Assembly (NCBI GenBank): GCA_016214995.1
Contig: JACRML010000059.1
Span: 23,010-87,009, forward strand
Origin: Deltaproteobacteria bacterium
GTDB taxonomy: Bacteria > Desulfobacterota > GWC2-55-46 > UBA9637
Length of the DNA stretch: 64,000 nucleotides
Direction: 5' to 3'
Part shown: positions 35,958-46,243 of the stretch, one piece after another
Position numbering within the stretch: the stretch's first letter is position 1
Layout of the letters: each line of letters opens with the position of its first letter
Program-made: the position numbers and the translations under genes
Notes under the pieces: generated by a model
What the model was told of the DNA's origin: nothing
What the model saw: only the letters and a program-made list of their open reading frames with translations
Databases searched by the model: none

Positions 35958-37069
35958 TGCGGCTTGAGGATTTTAACTATCATCTACCAAAAGAACTTAT
36001 TGCCCAGCTTCCCTGTGAGAGACGAGATAAATCAAAATTGATGATACTCCACAAGAAAGACGGGACAGTTGAACATAGAATTTTTTTTGAATTGACAGAC
36101 TATCTTAAACCGGGAGATGTTCTTGTATTAAACAATACAAAGGTTATCCCTGCAAGGCTCTTTGGAAATAAAATAACAGGCGGAGCAATAGAGGTCCTCT
36201 TAATACAAAAATTAGAAATAAGAAATCAGGAATCAGAAATTTCACACCCTGCTTACCACATCCCACATCCCACATCCCAAACATGGCGTTGTTTGATAAA
36301 CTCATCAAAGGGTCTAAAACAAGGCTCTGATGTTTTTTTTGAATCGGGGCTAAATGGCAGGATTATAGAAAAAGCGAATGATGGCAGTTGGATTATTGAG
36401 CTTTACGCTGCTGTTGAAATTGATAAGGCAATAGAGCAGATTGGAAGAATGCCTCTGCCTCGTTATATTAAAAGGAGGCAGATGGCAGTGGGCAGTGGGC
36501 AAGATAGAATCTCTGAACTTGACAGAGAAAGATATCAAACAGTCTTTGCAAAAGAGAAAGGAGCAATTGCAGCCCCAACCGCAGGATTGCATTTTACCGA
36601 TGAGCTTTTAAAAAAAACTCAGGAACTTGGGGTGCAGATTTTTTACATAACCCTGCATACTGGTTTGGGCACATTTAAACCAGTAAAAACAGAGGATATA
36701 ACAAAGCATAAGATAGAGTCAGAATATTACAAGGTTGCTGCTGCTACATTTGAAACTATTAAAAAGGCAAAACATGAAAACAGGAGAATTATTGCTGTCG
36801 GCTCAACAGTTGCAAAAACATTGGAGACAATTGTAAGGCGTAGCTGGGAGGAACCAAACTTGAGCGGCTATACAGACCTGTTTATCTATCCTGGATACAA
36901 ATTTAATGCAGCAGATGCGCTGATAACAAATTTTCATCTCCCTAAATCAACCTTGTTTATGCTTGTATCAGCATTTGCAGGAAAAGACTTGGTAAGGAAA
37001 GCCTACCAGGAGGCCATAAAGCAAGGCTATAGGTTTTTCAGCTATGGCGATGCAATGATGATAATATGA
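35957..37069 (+). CDS. queA: S-adenosylmethionine:tRNA ribosyltransferase-isomerase
   Basis: MRLEDFNYHLPKELIAQ, PTAGLHFT and FFSYGDAMMI are present, with end-to-end QueA similarity apart from the low-complexity inserts. Confidence 0.95.
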   Translation: MRLEDFNYHLPKELIAQLPCERRDKSKLMILHKKDGTVEHRIFFELTDYLKPGDVLVLNNTKVIPARLFGNKITGGAIEVLLIQKLEIRNQESEISHPAYHIPHPTSQTWRCLINSSKGLKQGSDVFFESGLNGRIIEKANDGSWIIELYAAVEIDKAIEQIGRMPLPRYIKRRQMAVGSGQDRISELDRERYQTVFAKEKGAIAAPTAGLHFTDELLKKTQELGVQIFYITLHTGLGTFKPVKTEDITKHKIESEYYKVAAATFETIKKAKHENRRIIAVGSTVAKTLETIVRRSWEEPNLSGYTDLFIYPGYKFNAADALITNFHLPKSTLFMLVSAFAGKDLVRKAYQEAIKQGYRFFSYGDAMMII

Positions 37070-37399
37070 ATCCTTACATATGTTCGAAATCATATGGCAA
37101 GCCGAAATAGCAATAATCGGTAGCATTGTCAAGAGGAGACCTATAGTCAATGACATAAATAAGCAGATAGCTTTTTTAAATAAATTTCTAATTTCCAAAT
37201 CCTAATTTCTAATAAAAAGTCAAATATCAAATAAAAATCAACACATTGAAATTTTAGTCATTGAACATTTTATTGAAAATTAGGCATTAGGATTTAGAAA
37301 TTGTAGTTAGACATTATCCATGTCTCCAATATTCTACGCTACCAAATATTTAACCCTTTATTTTTATTTCGCTATAAGATATTATTCTGCGGATAATAA

Positions 37400-38539
<1,140 letters not shown>

Positions 38540-38593
38540 ACAGGAAACAAAATCTTTCCCCGCTTACTGTATGCTGTCTACTGACTACTAAAA

Positions 38594-38929
38594 ATGGGAG
38601 GTATCACCGTGGTAAACTTTTTTACAGCAGTTGCATTTGCAGCAGATGAAGCACCAGCACCAGGGGGGATTGGACAATTTATGAGCTTTGCCCCATTGGT
38701 TATACTATTTGTAATCTTTTATTTTCTCCTCATAAGGCCGCAACAGAAAAAGGCAAAGGAGCACAAAAATATGATTTCCAAACTGGAAAAAGGTGATGTT
38801 ATTGTTACCTCAGGCGGCATACACGGAACCATTACCGGCGTAGCAGAGGATGCTGCCACAGTGGAGATTGCGGAGAATGTCCGGGTCAAAGTAGCTAAAG
38901 AACATATAATTGCAAAGAAAAAGAAATAA
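38594..38929 (+). CDS. yajC: Preprotein translocase subunit YajC
   Basis: LVILFVIFYFLLIRPQQKKAKEHKNM...GDVIVTSGGIHG is typical YajC, and the gene lies upstream of secDF. Confidence 0.9.
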   Translation: MGGITVVNFFTAVAFAADEAPAPGGIGQFMSFAPLVILFVIFYFLLIRPQQKKAKEHKNMISKLEKGDVIVTSGGIHGTITGVAEDAATVEIAENVRVKVAKEHIIAKKKK

Positions 38930-39021
38930 AATATAGACTATGGGCAATGGGCGAGAGGCAATGGGGAAAACCTATAGCCCATAGCCTATAACCTCTTGCC
39001 TGTATTATTGGAGGTTTTTAA

Positions 39022-40614
39022 ATGTCAAAAAGCATATTGTGGCGGTTTATTGTAATCGGCTTTTTTTCCTTGCTTGCAGTTGTTCTTTTCCTGCCTTCAA
39101 CACCTATATCCAAATCACTTCCTTCATGGTGGAAAGATAAGTTTCCAAAAATAGCCCTTGGACTTGATCTTCAGGGCGGTATGCATCTTGTTCTTCAGGT
39201 TGATTCTGAAAAAGCTGTTGAGAACCATATCCAGAGGCTGATAAAGGGCCTGGAGGTATTACTCAAGGAAAAGAAAATTGTATTCTCGGAGATAAAGACA
39301 CAAGGCTTTGAGGTTTTAATCTCATATCAAGGTGCAGATGTAAAAATGTCATTGGAAAAAGCTGTCGGCGACAATTATCCAATCTTTAAGAAAACATCTG
39401 AAAAGGAAAATAGCATTGCGTATGCGCTCACAGACAGCGAAACAAAGAGGATAAAAGAATGGAGCACTTCGCAGGCCATTGAAACCATCAGGAATAGGAT
39501 TGATAAATTTGGCGTTACAGAACCGCTTATCCATGCACAGGGGAAAAACGAGATAGTAGTCCAGCTTCCGGGATTAAAAGACCCTGAAAGAGCCATAGCC
39601 CTGATAGGAAAGACTGCTGTACTGGAGTTTAAGATGGTGGATGAGGCAGGAGATTTAAAAAAGGCCATAGATGGCACCGGTCAAATTCCTGAAGGGGATG
39701 AACTTCTCTACGAAAAAAGAGTGGATAAAGAGACAGGCACTGTCCGGCAAACCCCGTATCTTATAAAGAAAGAGGCCGTTCTTACCGGCGATCTTTTGAC
39801 AGACGCAAGGGTTGCAATAGATTCTCAGTTTAACGAGCCGTATGTGTCCATAACATTTGACAGCGAGGGTTCAAGAATATTTGCTGATGTTACAGCGCAG
39901 AATGTAAATAAGCGGATGGCGATAATCCTTGACGGAAATGTCTATTCAGCACCTGTGATAAGGGAAAAGATAGGCGGCGGCAGGGCCCAGATTTCAGGCA
40001 GTTTTACGCATGAGACAGCAACTGACCTAGCAATAGTGCTCAGGGCAGGGGCATTGCCTGCACCTGTTAATATTATACAGAATGTTACTGTAGGACCTTC
40101 CCTTGGCGAAGACTCTATCATGGCAGGAGTTAAAGCAGCCATAATAGGAGGATTGCTTGTTCTCGGCTTTATGCTCTTTTATTATAAACTTTCGGGCCTT
40201 ATCTCTGATTTTGCGATGATATTAAATATTATTATGCTGCTCGGCGCTATGGCGTGGTTCAATGCAACGCTTACACTACCCGGTATTGCTGGCATTATAT
40301 TGACAATTGGCATGGGTGTTGACTCAAACGTTTTGATATTTGAAAGGATAAAGGAAGAACTCAAAACAGGCAGGACAGTAAGGTCCGCCATTGATGCAGG
40401 CTATGACAGGGCATGGTGGACTATTATAGACTCCCATGTAACAACGTTAATTACTGCGGCTGTATTGTTCCAGTTTGGCAGCGGCCCAATCAAGGGCTTT
40501 GCAGTATCATTAAGCATCGGCATACTGATAAATCTATTTACAGCCCTCATAGGCACAAAGGTGGTTTTTGACCTTATAACCAAGATGAGAAGGCTGGAAA
40601 GGTTAAGTATATAA
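39022..40614 (+). CDS. secD: Protein translocase subunit SecD
   Basis: 530 aa with LGLDLQGG, a periplasmic domain, and six C-terminal TM helices containing GMGVDSNVLIFERIKEE. Confidence 0.95.
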   Translation: MSKSILWRFIVIGFFSLLAVVLFLPSTPISKSLPSWWKDKFPKIALGLDLQGGMHLVLQVDSEKAVENHIQRLIKGLEVLLKEKKIVFSEIKTQGFEVLISYQGADVKMSLEKAVGDNYPIFKKTSEKENSIAYALTDSETKRIKEWSTSQAIETIRNRIDKFGVTEPLIHAQGKNEIVVQLPGLKDPERAIALIGKTAVLEFKMVDEAGDLKKAIDGTGQIPEGDELLYEKRVDKETGTVRQTPYLIKKEAVLTGDLLTDARVAIDSQFNEPYVSITFDSEGSRIFADVTAQNVNKRMAIILDGNVYSAPVIREKIGGGRAQISGSFTHETATDLAIVLRAGALPAPVNIIQNVTVGPSLGEDSIMAGVKAAIIGGLLVLGFMLFYYKLSGLISDFAMILNIIMLLGAMAWFNATLTLPGIAGIILTIGMGVDSNVLIFERIKEELKTGRTVRSAIDAGYDRAWWTIIDSHVTTLITAAVLFQFGSGPIKGFAVSLSIGILINLFTALIGTKVVFDLITKMRRLERLSI

Positions 40615-40711
40615 AAACAGAGGCTGGGGACTTGAGACTGGGGGCTGGTAAAAAATAATCCCGAGTCCCTAGCCCCCAGCTCCATACCCCTAACTTCAAG
40701 GAGGATGTAAC

Positions 40712-41620
40712 TTGGAACTTATTAAAAACACGAAAATAGATTTCATCGGCAAAAGGTATTATGCCTTTGTATTTTCAGCAATATTGGCCTTAGTGGGAAT
40801 AGTTGCAGTAGTGCTTATTCCAATGGGCAAGGCCAACCTCGGCATTGATTTTACAGGCGGAGTAGCGATACAGCTCAAGTTTGAAAAACCGTTTGTGCTT
40901 GAGAATGCAAGAACGATATTAGATAAAGACGGTTTTAAGGATACCGAACTTCAGCAGTTTGCAGGAAACAACAGGTTGCTGATAAGACTTAAAAAGACAG
41001 AGGGCGAGTTAAAAATAACTTCCGATAAGATAACGGAGGTTTTTATAAAGGAGTTTGCTGATAATAAGTTTATTATAGAGTCAACCACAGCTGTTGGGCC
41101 GACCGTTGGTCAAAAACTCCAGAAAGATGCACTGTGGGCAGTCGGCATATCTCTTTTGGGAATCCTCATATATGTAGCATGGAGATTTGAACTCATATTC
41201 GGTATTGCAGCAGTAATTGCAACCTTCCATGATGTCCTTGCAGTACTAGGTGTGTTTTACGTGTTAAATAAGGAGATAAACCTTTTGATAATTACCGCTC
41301 TTTTGACACTTGCAGGATATTCTCTGACTGATACAGTTGTTGTTTTTGACAGAATAAGAGAAAACTTAAGAAAAAGAGGTAAAGAGGTTATTGAAGACAT
41401 AATCAACAGGAGTATCAATGAGGTTTTGAGTAGAACAGTTGTTACATCCGGCACGACACTCCTTGTATTAATCGCACTTCTTATAGCAGGCGGCGAGGTA
41501 ATTCACGACTTTTCCCTTGCCCTCTTCCTCGGCGTATTGGTTGGGACATACTCATCAATCTTTGTAGCAAGCCCGCTGTTGCTTCTATGGAAGGGTAAAA
41601 GGGGCAGGTTGATAAGGTAG
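40712..41620 (+). CDS. secF: Protein translocase subunit SecF
   Basis: The TTG start follows AAGGAGG. GIDFTGG and YSLTDTVVVFDRIREN motifs are present. Confidence 0.95.
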   Translation: MELIKNTKIDFIGKRYYAFVFSAILALVGIVAVVLIPMGKANLGIDFTGGVAIQLKFEKPFVLENARTILDKDGFKDTELQQFAGNNRLLIRLKKTEGELKITSDKITEVFIKEFADNKFIIESTTAVGPTVGQKLQKDALWAVGISLLGILIYVAWRFELIFGIAAVIATFHDVLAVLGVFYVLNKEINLLIITALLTLAGYSLTDTVVVFDRIRENLRKRGKEVIEDIINRSINEVLSRTVVTSGTTLLVLIALLIAGGEVIHDFSLALFLGVLVGTYSSIFVASPLLLLWKGKRGRLIR

Positions 41621-41756
41621 ACTGTTGACTCTGCAGCAAGTCGCGGGGTTTTTCAAAGACGAACTTTCACTATTTATTTTAACTAACTATATGTTGTAAA
41701 TATTCCGGGGAAAAGAGAGTTTTCAAATACTTTCCATGTTAATGTTGGATGCATTA

Positions 41757-41788
41757 GCCCAAAAAATGCAACTGTATTTTTGGGTTAA
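41757..41788. repeat. TTAAC-ended hairpin module, solo copy overlapping the leuB stop codon
   Basis: CCCAAAAAATGCAACTGTATTTTTGGGTTAA. The leuB TAA stop (41785-41787) lies inside the GGGTTAA end. Confidence 0.7.
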
Positions 41789-42861
41789 CCTAATTCGTTA
41801 ACGACAACTTCGCCCATCTCTTTACATCCAGTCAATTTCTTGCCTGGTTGATGTATATCTGCAGTACGATAGCCCTTATTTAATACACCTTCAACAGCCA
41901 TTTCAATATCATCGGCCTCTTTCGTCAGATTAAATGAAAATCTTAACATCATTGCAACAGACAAGACCGTTGCAATTGGATTTGCCTTGCCCTGTCCTGC
42001 TATATCAGGAGCACTGCCGTGTATAGGCTCATACATGCCAACCTTTCCGCCGAGACTTGCGGAAGGGAGCATACCAATAGAACCTGTGAGCATTGCTGCC
42101 TCATCCGAAAGAATATCTCCAAATGTATTTTCTGTTACTATAATATCAAACTGTTTTGGGTTTCTCACAAGCTGCATGGCACAGTTGTCTACATACATGT
42201 GGTTTAGTTCAACATCCTGGTAATCTTTATGCACTTTTGTAACAACCCTCCTCCACAGTTCTGTGGTTTCAAGCACATTGGCCTTATCAACTGATGTAAC
42301 CTTTTTTCTTCTCTTGCGCGCCACATCAAAGGCGACCTTTGCTATCCGCTCAATCTCCGGAGTTGTGTAAATCATGGTGTTCACTCCGCGCTCTGTGCCG
42401 TCCGGAAGTTTTTCAACACCTTTGGGCGTTCCGAAATAGAGGCCTCCGGTAAGCTCCCGAATCACCATGATATCCACGCCTTCAATAATTTCCTTTTTTA
42501 AGGTAGATGCATCAGCAAGAACAGGATAAATTTTTGCGGGCCTTAAATTTGCAAAAAGGCCGAGTTCTTTTCGGAGCGCAAGCAAAGCCCGTTCCGGCCT
42601 TATGGAATAATCAAGCCCCTCCCACTTTGGCCCGCCAACAGCACCTAAAAGTACGGCGTCACTTGAATTTGCAAGCTTTAAAGTCTCTTCTGTAAGTGGA
42701 ATGCCATATTTATCAATAGATGCGCCACCAACGAGAGCTTCTTTTGTTTCAAAGCATATTTTATGCTTCTTGCCGACTGCCATTAAAACTTTTACAGCCT
42801 CTCCGACTATTTCGGGCCCAATGCCGTCACCTGGCAAAACGGCGATTGTATATTTATTCAA
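41785..42861 (-). CDS. leuB: 3-isopropylmalate dehydrogenase
   Basis: [16 protein letters not shown] and the NLFGDILSD-like [24 protein letters not shown] are present. The start is placed at the TTG at 42861, 5 nt after GGGAGG; the ORF track begins 8 codons earlier. Confidence 0.9.
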   Translation of the reverse strand: MNKYTIAVLPGDGIGPEIVGEAVKVLMAVGKKHKICFETKEALVGGASIDKYGIPLTEETLKLANSSDAVLLGAVGGPKWEGLDYSIRPERALLALRKELGLFANLRPAKIYPVLADASTLKKEIIEGVDIMVIRELTGGLYFGTPKGVEKLPDGTERGVNTMIYTTPEIERIAKVAFDVARKRRKKVTSVDKANVLETTELWRRVVTKVHKDYQDVELNHMYVDNCAMQLVRNPKQFDIIVTENTFGDILSDEAAMLTGSIGMLPSASLGGKVGMYEPIHGSAPDIAGQGKANPIATVLSVAMMLRFSFNLTKEADDIEMAVEGVLNKGYRTADIHQPGKKLTGCKEMGEVVVNELG

Positions 42862-42877
42862 TGACGCCTCCCTTTTT

Positions 42878-43080
42878 ATAGTCAACGATAAAAATAAGTA
42901 GATGCTACAATAAAATTCCTAATTTCTAAATCCTAATTTCTAATAACAAATGAAACTTCAAGGCTTGATTTTTTAATTTTATTAGAAATTAGAAATTAGA
43001 ACTTAGGAATTCTTCTAATGTTTCATTAGAAACATGTCCCCGAAGGCCTTCATCGGGGATTAGACATTAGGATTTAGGAT
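42878..43080 (+). repeat. Conserved 37-nt box (ATAGTCAACGATAAAAATAAGTAGATGCTACAATAAA) plus long CTAATTTCTAA-type heptamer hairpin, copy 1
   Basis: The box recurs, reverse-complemented on the plus strand, at 59757-59793 and 62055-62091, each time next to the same kind of hairpin. Confidence 0.75.
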
Positions 43081-43083
43081 TTC

Positions 43084-43290
43084 TTATTCTGCTATTTTCC
43101 GTATAGCCTCAACAAACTGAGGCAACCCACTATGAGGTATTACTACCGTGCTTCTCCTGTCATTGGAAAGCTCCGCAATTTGCAGGAACTTACCTCCCTC
43201 GTTTTCTTTTAGGTCTACAAAAATAGTCTTGTTTTCTATATGGAGCTTTTCGCTGGAAATTACCTTGCTCCTTGTTCCTTCCTTTTTCAT
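43084..43290 (-). CDS. Small PUR-alpha-like (DUF3276-type) nucleic-acid-binding protein, tentative
   Basis: 68 aa. KTIFVDLKENEGGKFLQIAE...VVIPHSGLPQFVEAI resembles the bacterial PUR-repeat pattern, recalled from memory. Confidence 0.5.
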   Translation of the reverse strand: MKKEGTRSKVISSEKLHIENKTIFVDLKENEGGKFLQIAELSNDRRSTVVIPHSGLPQFVEAIRKIAE

Positions 43291-43373
43291 TCAACTCCCC
43301 CTTTTTCAAAAATACAAGGTTGAGGTTAAGGTCAAAGATAAGAAAACCCTTCACCCCAATCTCAGCCTCAACT

Positions 43374-43895
43374 TTAACCTGTTTTCACTTTCTTTTTCAC
43401 CCATTTCATCAACCCGCCTGTATTTATAAGCTCTTGCATAAACGGAGGGATTGCCTGAGCCTTAAAGATTTGCGATTTACGATTTTCGATTTGCGATTGC
43501 ATAATGGCAATCTCGCCACTGTTTAAATCTATTTCTACTTCATCACCTTCTTTTATGGCGTCCACTGCCTCAGGGCATTCCAATATCGGCAAACCCATGT
43601 TGAATGAATTGCGGTAAAATATTCTGGCAAAGCTCTTTGCGATGACGCATGAAACCCCCACTGCTTTTATGGCAATGGGCGCATGTTCCCTTGATGAACC
43701 GCAGCCAAAATTTTTATCAGCAACAATGATATCTCCGGGCTTCATCTTATTTACAAATTGCTGGTCTGCATCCTCCATACAGTGTCTTGCAAGCTCTTTC
43801 GGATCAGATGTATTTAAATATCTTGCCGGTATAATCTGGTCGGTATCAATATCTGCACTAAACTTCCACGCCTTACCTTTGAATTTCATACCCAC
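43374..43895 (-). CDS. leuD: 3-isopropylmalate dehydratase small subunit
   Basis: [25 protein letters not shown] and the C-terminal GGL..W pattern of short-type LeuD. Confidence 0.9.
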   Translation of the reverse strand: MGMKFKGKAWKFSADIDTDQIIPARYLNTSDPKELARHCMEDADQQFVNKMKPGDIIVADKNFGCGSSREHAPIAIKAVGVSCVIAKSFARIFYRNSFNMGLPILECPEAVDAIKEGDEVEIDLNSGEIAIMQSQIENRKSQIFKAQAIPPFMQELINTGGLMKWVKKKVKTG

Positions 43896-43979
43896 TTCCT
43901 CTCTCTGTCGTATTCTAAAAAGTAGGGGAGGGGCTTGTCCCCTCCTTTTTCAGGAGACCACAAGGGTCGCCACTACATT

Positions 43980-44198
43980 TTATTGCGTCACCACCTCATT
44001 CAACTCTTTCAACAGTTTTTCCAAATCTATGAAATGCAGTTTGCATGCCTGGCCGATAGTAACAAACCTTGCCAGAGACTTTCTTGCCACAGGGTTTGCC
44101 AGAAGCCCGAAACAGTGACCCTGTTTTACAAATACATCCAGAGTTTCCGGATATTGAGTAAGCACATCCTCAACTATCATATTTTTCGTTATACTCAT
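43980..44198 (-). CDS. DUF1858-domain protein (hybrid-cluster-protein-associated redox disulfide-like), tentative
   Basis: 72 aa. ITKNMIVEDVLTQYPETLDVFVKQG...TIGQACKLHFIDLEKLLKELN follows the DUF1858 pattern. Confidence 0.55.
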   Translation of the reverse strand: MSITKNMIVEDVLTQYPETLDVFVKQGHCFGLLANPVARKSLARFVTIGQACKLHFIDLEKLLKELNEVVTQ

Positions 44199-44214
44199 AC
44201 CATCTCATTATTCT

Positions 44215-44853
44215 TCAGCTTGTTACAGATATAACCTGGAGTGTACCCCCAGCCAGCAACCTTCTACGAAATTCTTTAAAACCTGCCTCTCTTAATTCTT
44301 TTTGCAAATCAGCATTGATAAACTCCCTTGCTGGTTCATGTTCAGCAAATATAAAAAAAATTTTCTGAATAAATCCCGCAAAACCTTCCCCCTGATAATA
44401 ATCAAAGAGAACGAACCTTCCGTCGTCTTTTAAAACTCTTTTTACTTCCTTAAATATCAGTCTTACCGCATCAAAAGGTATTTCATGCAGCCCCATTGAA
44501 GCAATTACTCCATCAAAGGTTTTTTCTTTAAAAGGGATTGAAAGTACATCTGACCGAACTAATCTGAGTTCTGCTTTTTGCCTTTGTGCTTTTTCCCTCG
44601 CAACATTTAACATGCCGCGGCTTATATCAATGCTATATACCTCTGCACCTTTTTCTACTGCCATAAGAGAAAGGGTGGCAGTACCGCAGCAAGCCTCAAG
44701 AATCCTGCAACCCGCTACAGGATTGATTGCCTCTATCGCAGACCTTCTTAAATTCTTCTCACCACCAAACAGTAAACCTATAATGCATATTCCCAAATCA
44801 TACAAAGGAGCAAGAATATCAAAAGAGGGACGATAGTAAGAAGGCTTGGCCAT
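44215..44853 (-). CDS. Class I SAM-dependent methyltransferase
   Basis: Motif I ILEACCGTATLS and post-I/II motifs (VYSIDIS, FDGVIASMGLHE). Confidence 0.8.
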   Translation of the reverse strand: MAKPSYYRPSFDILAPLYDLGICIIGLLFGGEKNLRRSAIEAINPVAGCRILEACCGTATLSLMAVEKGAEVYSIDISRGMLNVAREKAQRQKAELRLVRSDVLSIPFKEKTFDGVIASMGLHEIPFDAVRLIFKEVKRVLKDDGRFVLFDYYQGEGFAGFIQKIFFIFAEHEPAREFINADLQKELREAGFKEFRRRLLAGGTLQVISVTS

Positions 44854-44924
44854 TGCAATTTACGATTTACGATTTACGAATTGCGATTTGCGAATTAAAA
44901 AAATCGAAAATCGACAATCGAAAA
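44854..44924. repeat. Heptamer-periodic inverted array between leuC and the methyltransferase gene
   Basis: ATTTACG ATTTACG ATTTACG AATTGCG ATTTGCG ... AAAATCG AAAATCG ACAATCG AAAATCA. Confidence 0.8.
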
Positions 44925-46199
44925 TCAAAAATGTTTCTTAATCACTTCATCCGGATGCGCTATCCTGCCTTTGACTGCTGTTGCTGCGGCAACTGCCGGG
45001 TTTGCGAGATAGACCTCGCTCTTGGGGTGTCCCATCCTGCCCACGAAATTTCTGTTGGTGGTTGCCAAAGCCCGCTCGCCTTCCGCAAGAATTCCCATGT
45101 GTCCGCCGAGGCACGGGCCGCAGGTGGGAGGGCTGATGATCGCGCCTGCCTTGAGATAAATATCAAACAACCCTTCATCCATAGCTTGTTTGTAAATGAG
45201 CGGCGTTGCCGGAATGATAATCATCCGTGTGGAGGATGCGATCTTTTTGCCCTTCATTATCTTTGCGGCAACTCTTAAATCCTCCATCCTGCCGTTGGTG
45301 CATGAGCCTACGACCACCTGATCAATCGGCACATTCCCCACATCGGAGATATTTTTTGTGTTCTCCGGCAGATGGGGGAAGGCAACCTGCGGCTCAATGT
45401 CGGCACAGTCGTATTCCCGCACATCGCAGTAAATTGCGTTCTCATCGCTTGAGTAAAATTTATACGGCCTCTCAGCCCTTTTATCCACATATGTCTTGGT
45501 GGTTTTATCCGGGGCAATGATGCCGTTTTTTGCGCCTGCCTCAATTGCCATATTGCACATGGAAAGGCGGCTGTCCATGGAGAGCCGTTCAATCGCAGAG
45601 CCGCAGAACTCCATCGCCCGGTAGAGCGCGCCGTCAACGCCGATCTCGCCGATTAGATAAAGTATCAGGTCTTTCCCTTCAACCCATTTGTTGAACTTGC
45701 CTTTGAAGATGAATTTCATGGATTCGGGAACCTTGAACCATGCCTCGCCCGTAACCATAGCTGCGGCCAAATCCGTTGATCCCACGCCCGTTGCGAATGC
45801 GCCCAGCGCGCCGTAGGTGCAGGTGTGGCTGTCCGCGCCGATAACCAGATCGCCCGGCACAACGATCCCTTTCTCAGGAAGGAGCGCATGTTCCACGCCC
45901 ACATCGCCGCCGTCGAAGTAGTGCTTGAGTTTCTGTTCATGCGCAAAATTCCGAAGCACTTTACACTGCTCAGCGGATTTTATATCCTTGTTCGGCGTAA
46001 AGTGGTCAGGCACCAGCACGACCTTGTTTTTATTGAACACCTTTTTTGCGCCGCTGGCCTTGAACTCCTTGATGGCAATGGGCGCGGTGATATCGTTGCC
46101 CAGCGCAATATCCACCTTTGCATTGATAAGCTGCCCGGGCTTCACCTCTTTCAGCCCGGCGTGTTTTGCAAGTATTTTTTCGGTAATGGTCATCGGCAT
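44925..46199 (-). CDS. leuC: 3-isopropylmalate dehydratase large subunit
   Basis: [15 protein letters not shown] and Fe-S ligand regions ([21 protein letters not shown]). ATG at 46199 follows GGGAGG. Confidence 0.95.
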   Translation of the reverse strand: MPMTITEKILAKHAGLKEVKPGQLINAKVDIALGNDITAPIAIKEFKASGAKKVFNKNKVVLVPDHFTPNKDIKSAEQCKVLRNFAHEQKLKHYFDGGDVGVEHALLPEKGIVVPGDLVIGADSHTCTYGALGAFATGVGSTDLAAAMVTGEAWFKVPESMKFIFKGKFNKWVEGKDLILYLIGEIGVDGALYRAMEFCGSAIERLSMDSRLSMCNMAIEAGAKNGIIAPDKTTKTYVDKRAERPYKFYSSDENAIYCDVREYDCADIEPQVAFPHLPENTKNISDVGNVPIDQVVVGSCTNGRMEDLRVAAKIMKGKKIASSTRMIIIPATPLIYKQAMDEGLFDIYLKAGAIISPPTCGPCLGGHMGILAEGERALATTNRNFVGRMGHPKSEVYLANPAVAAATAVKGRIAHPDEVIKKHF

Positions 46200-46243
46200 A
46201 TAAATTCTTTTCCTCCCAACCTCAAACCTATAATTTGTATTTA

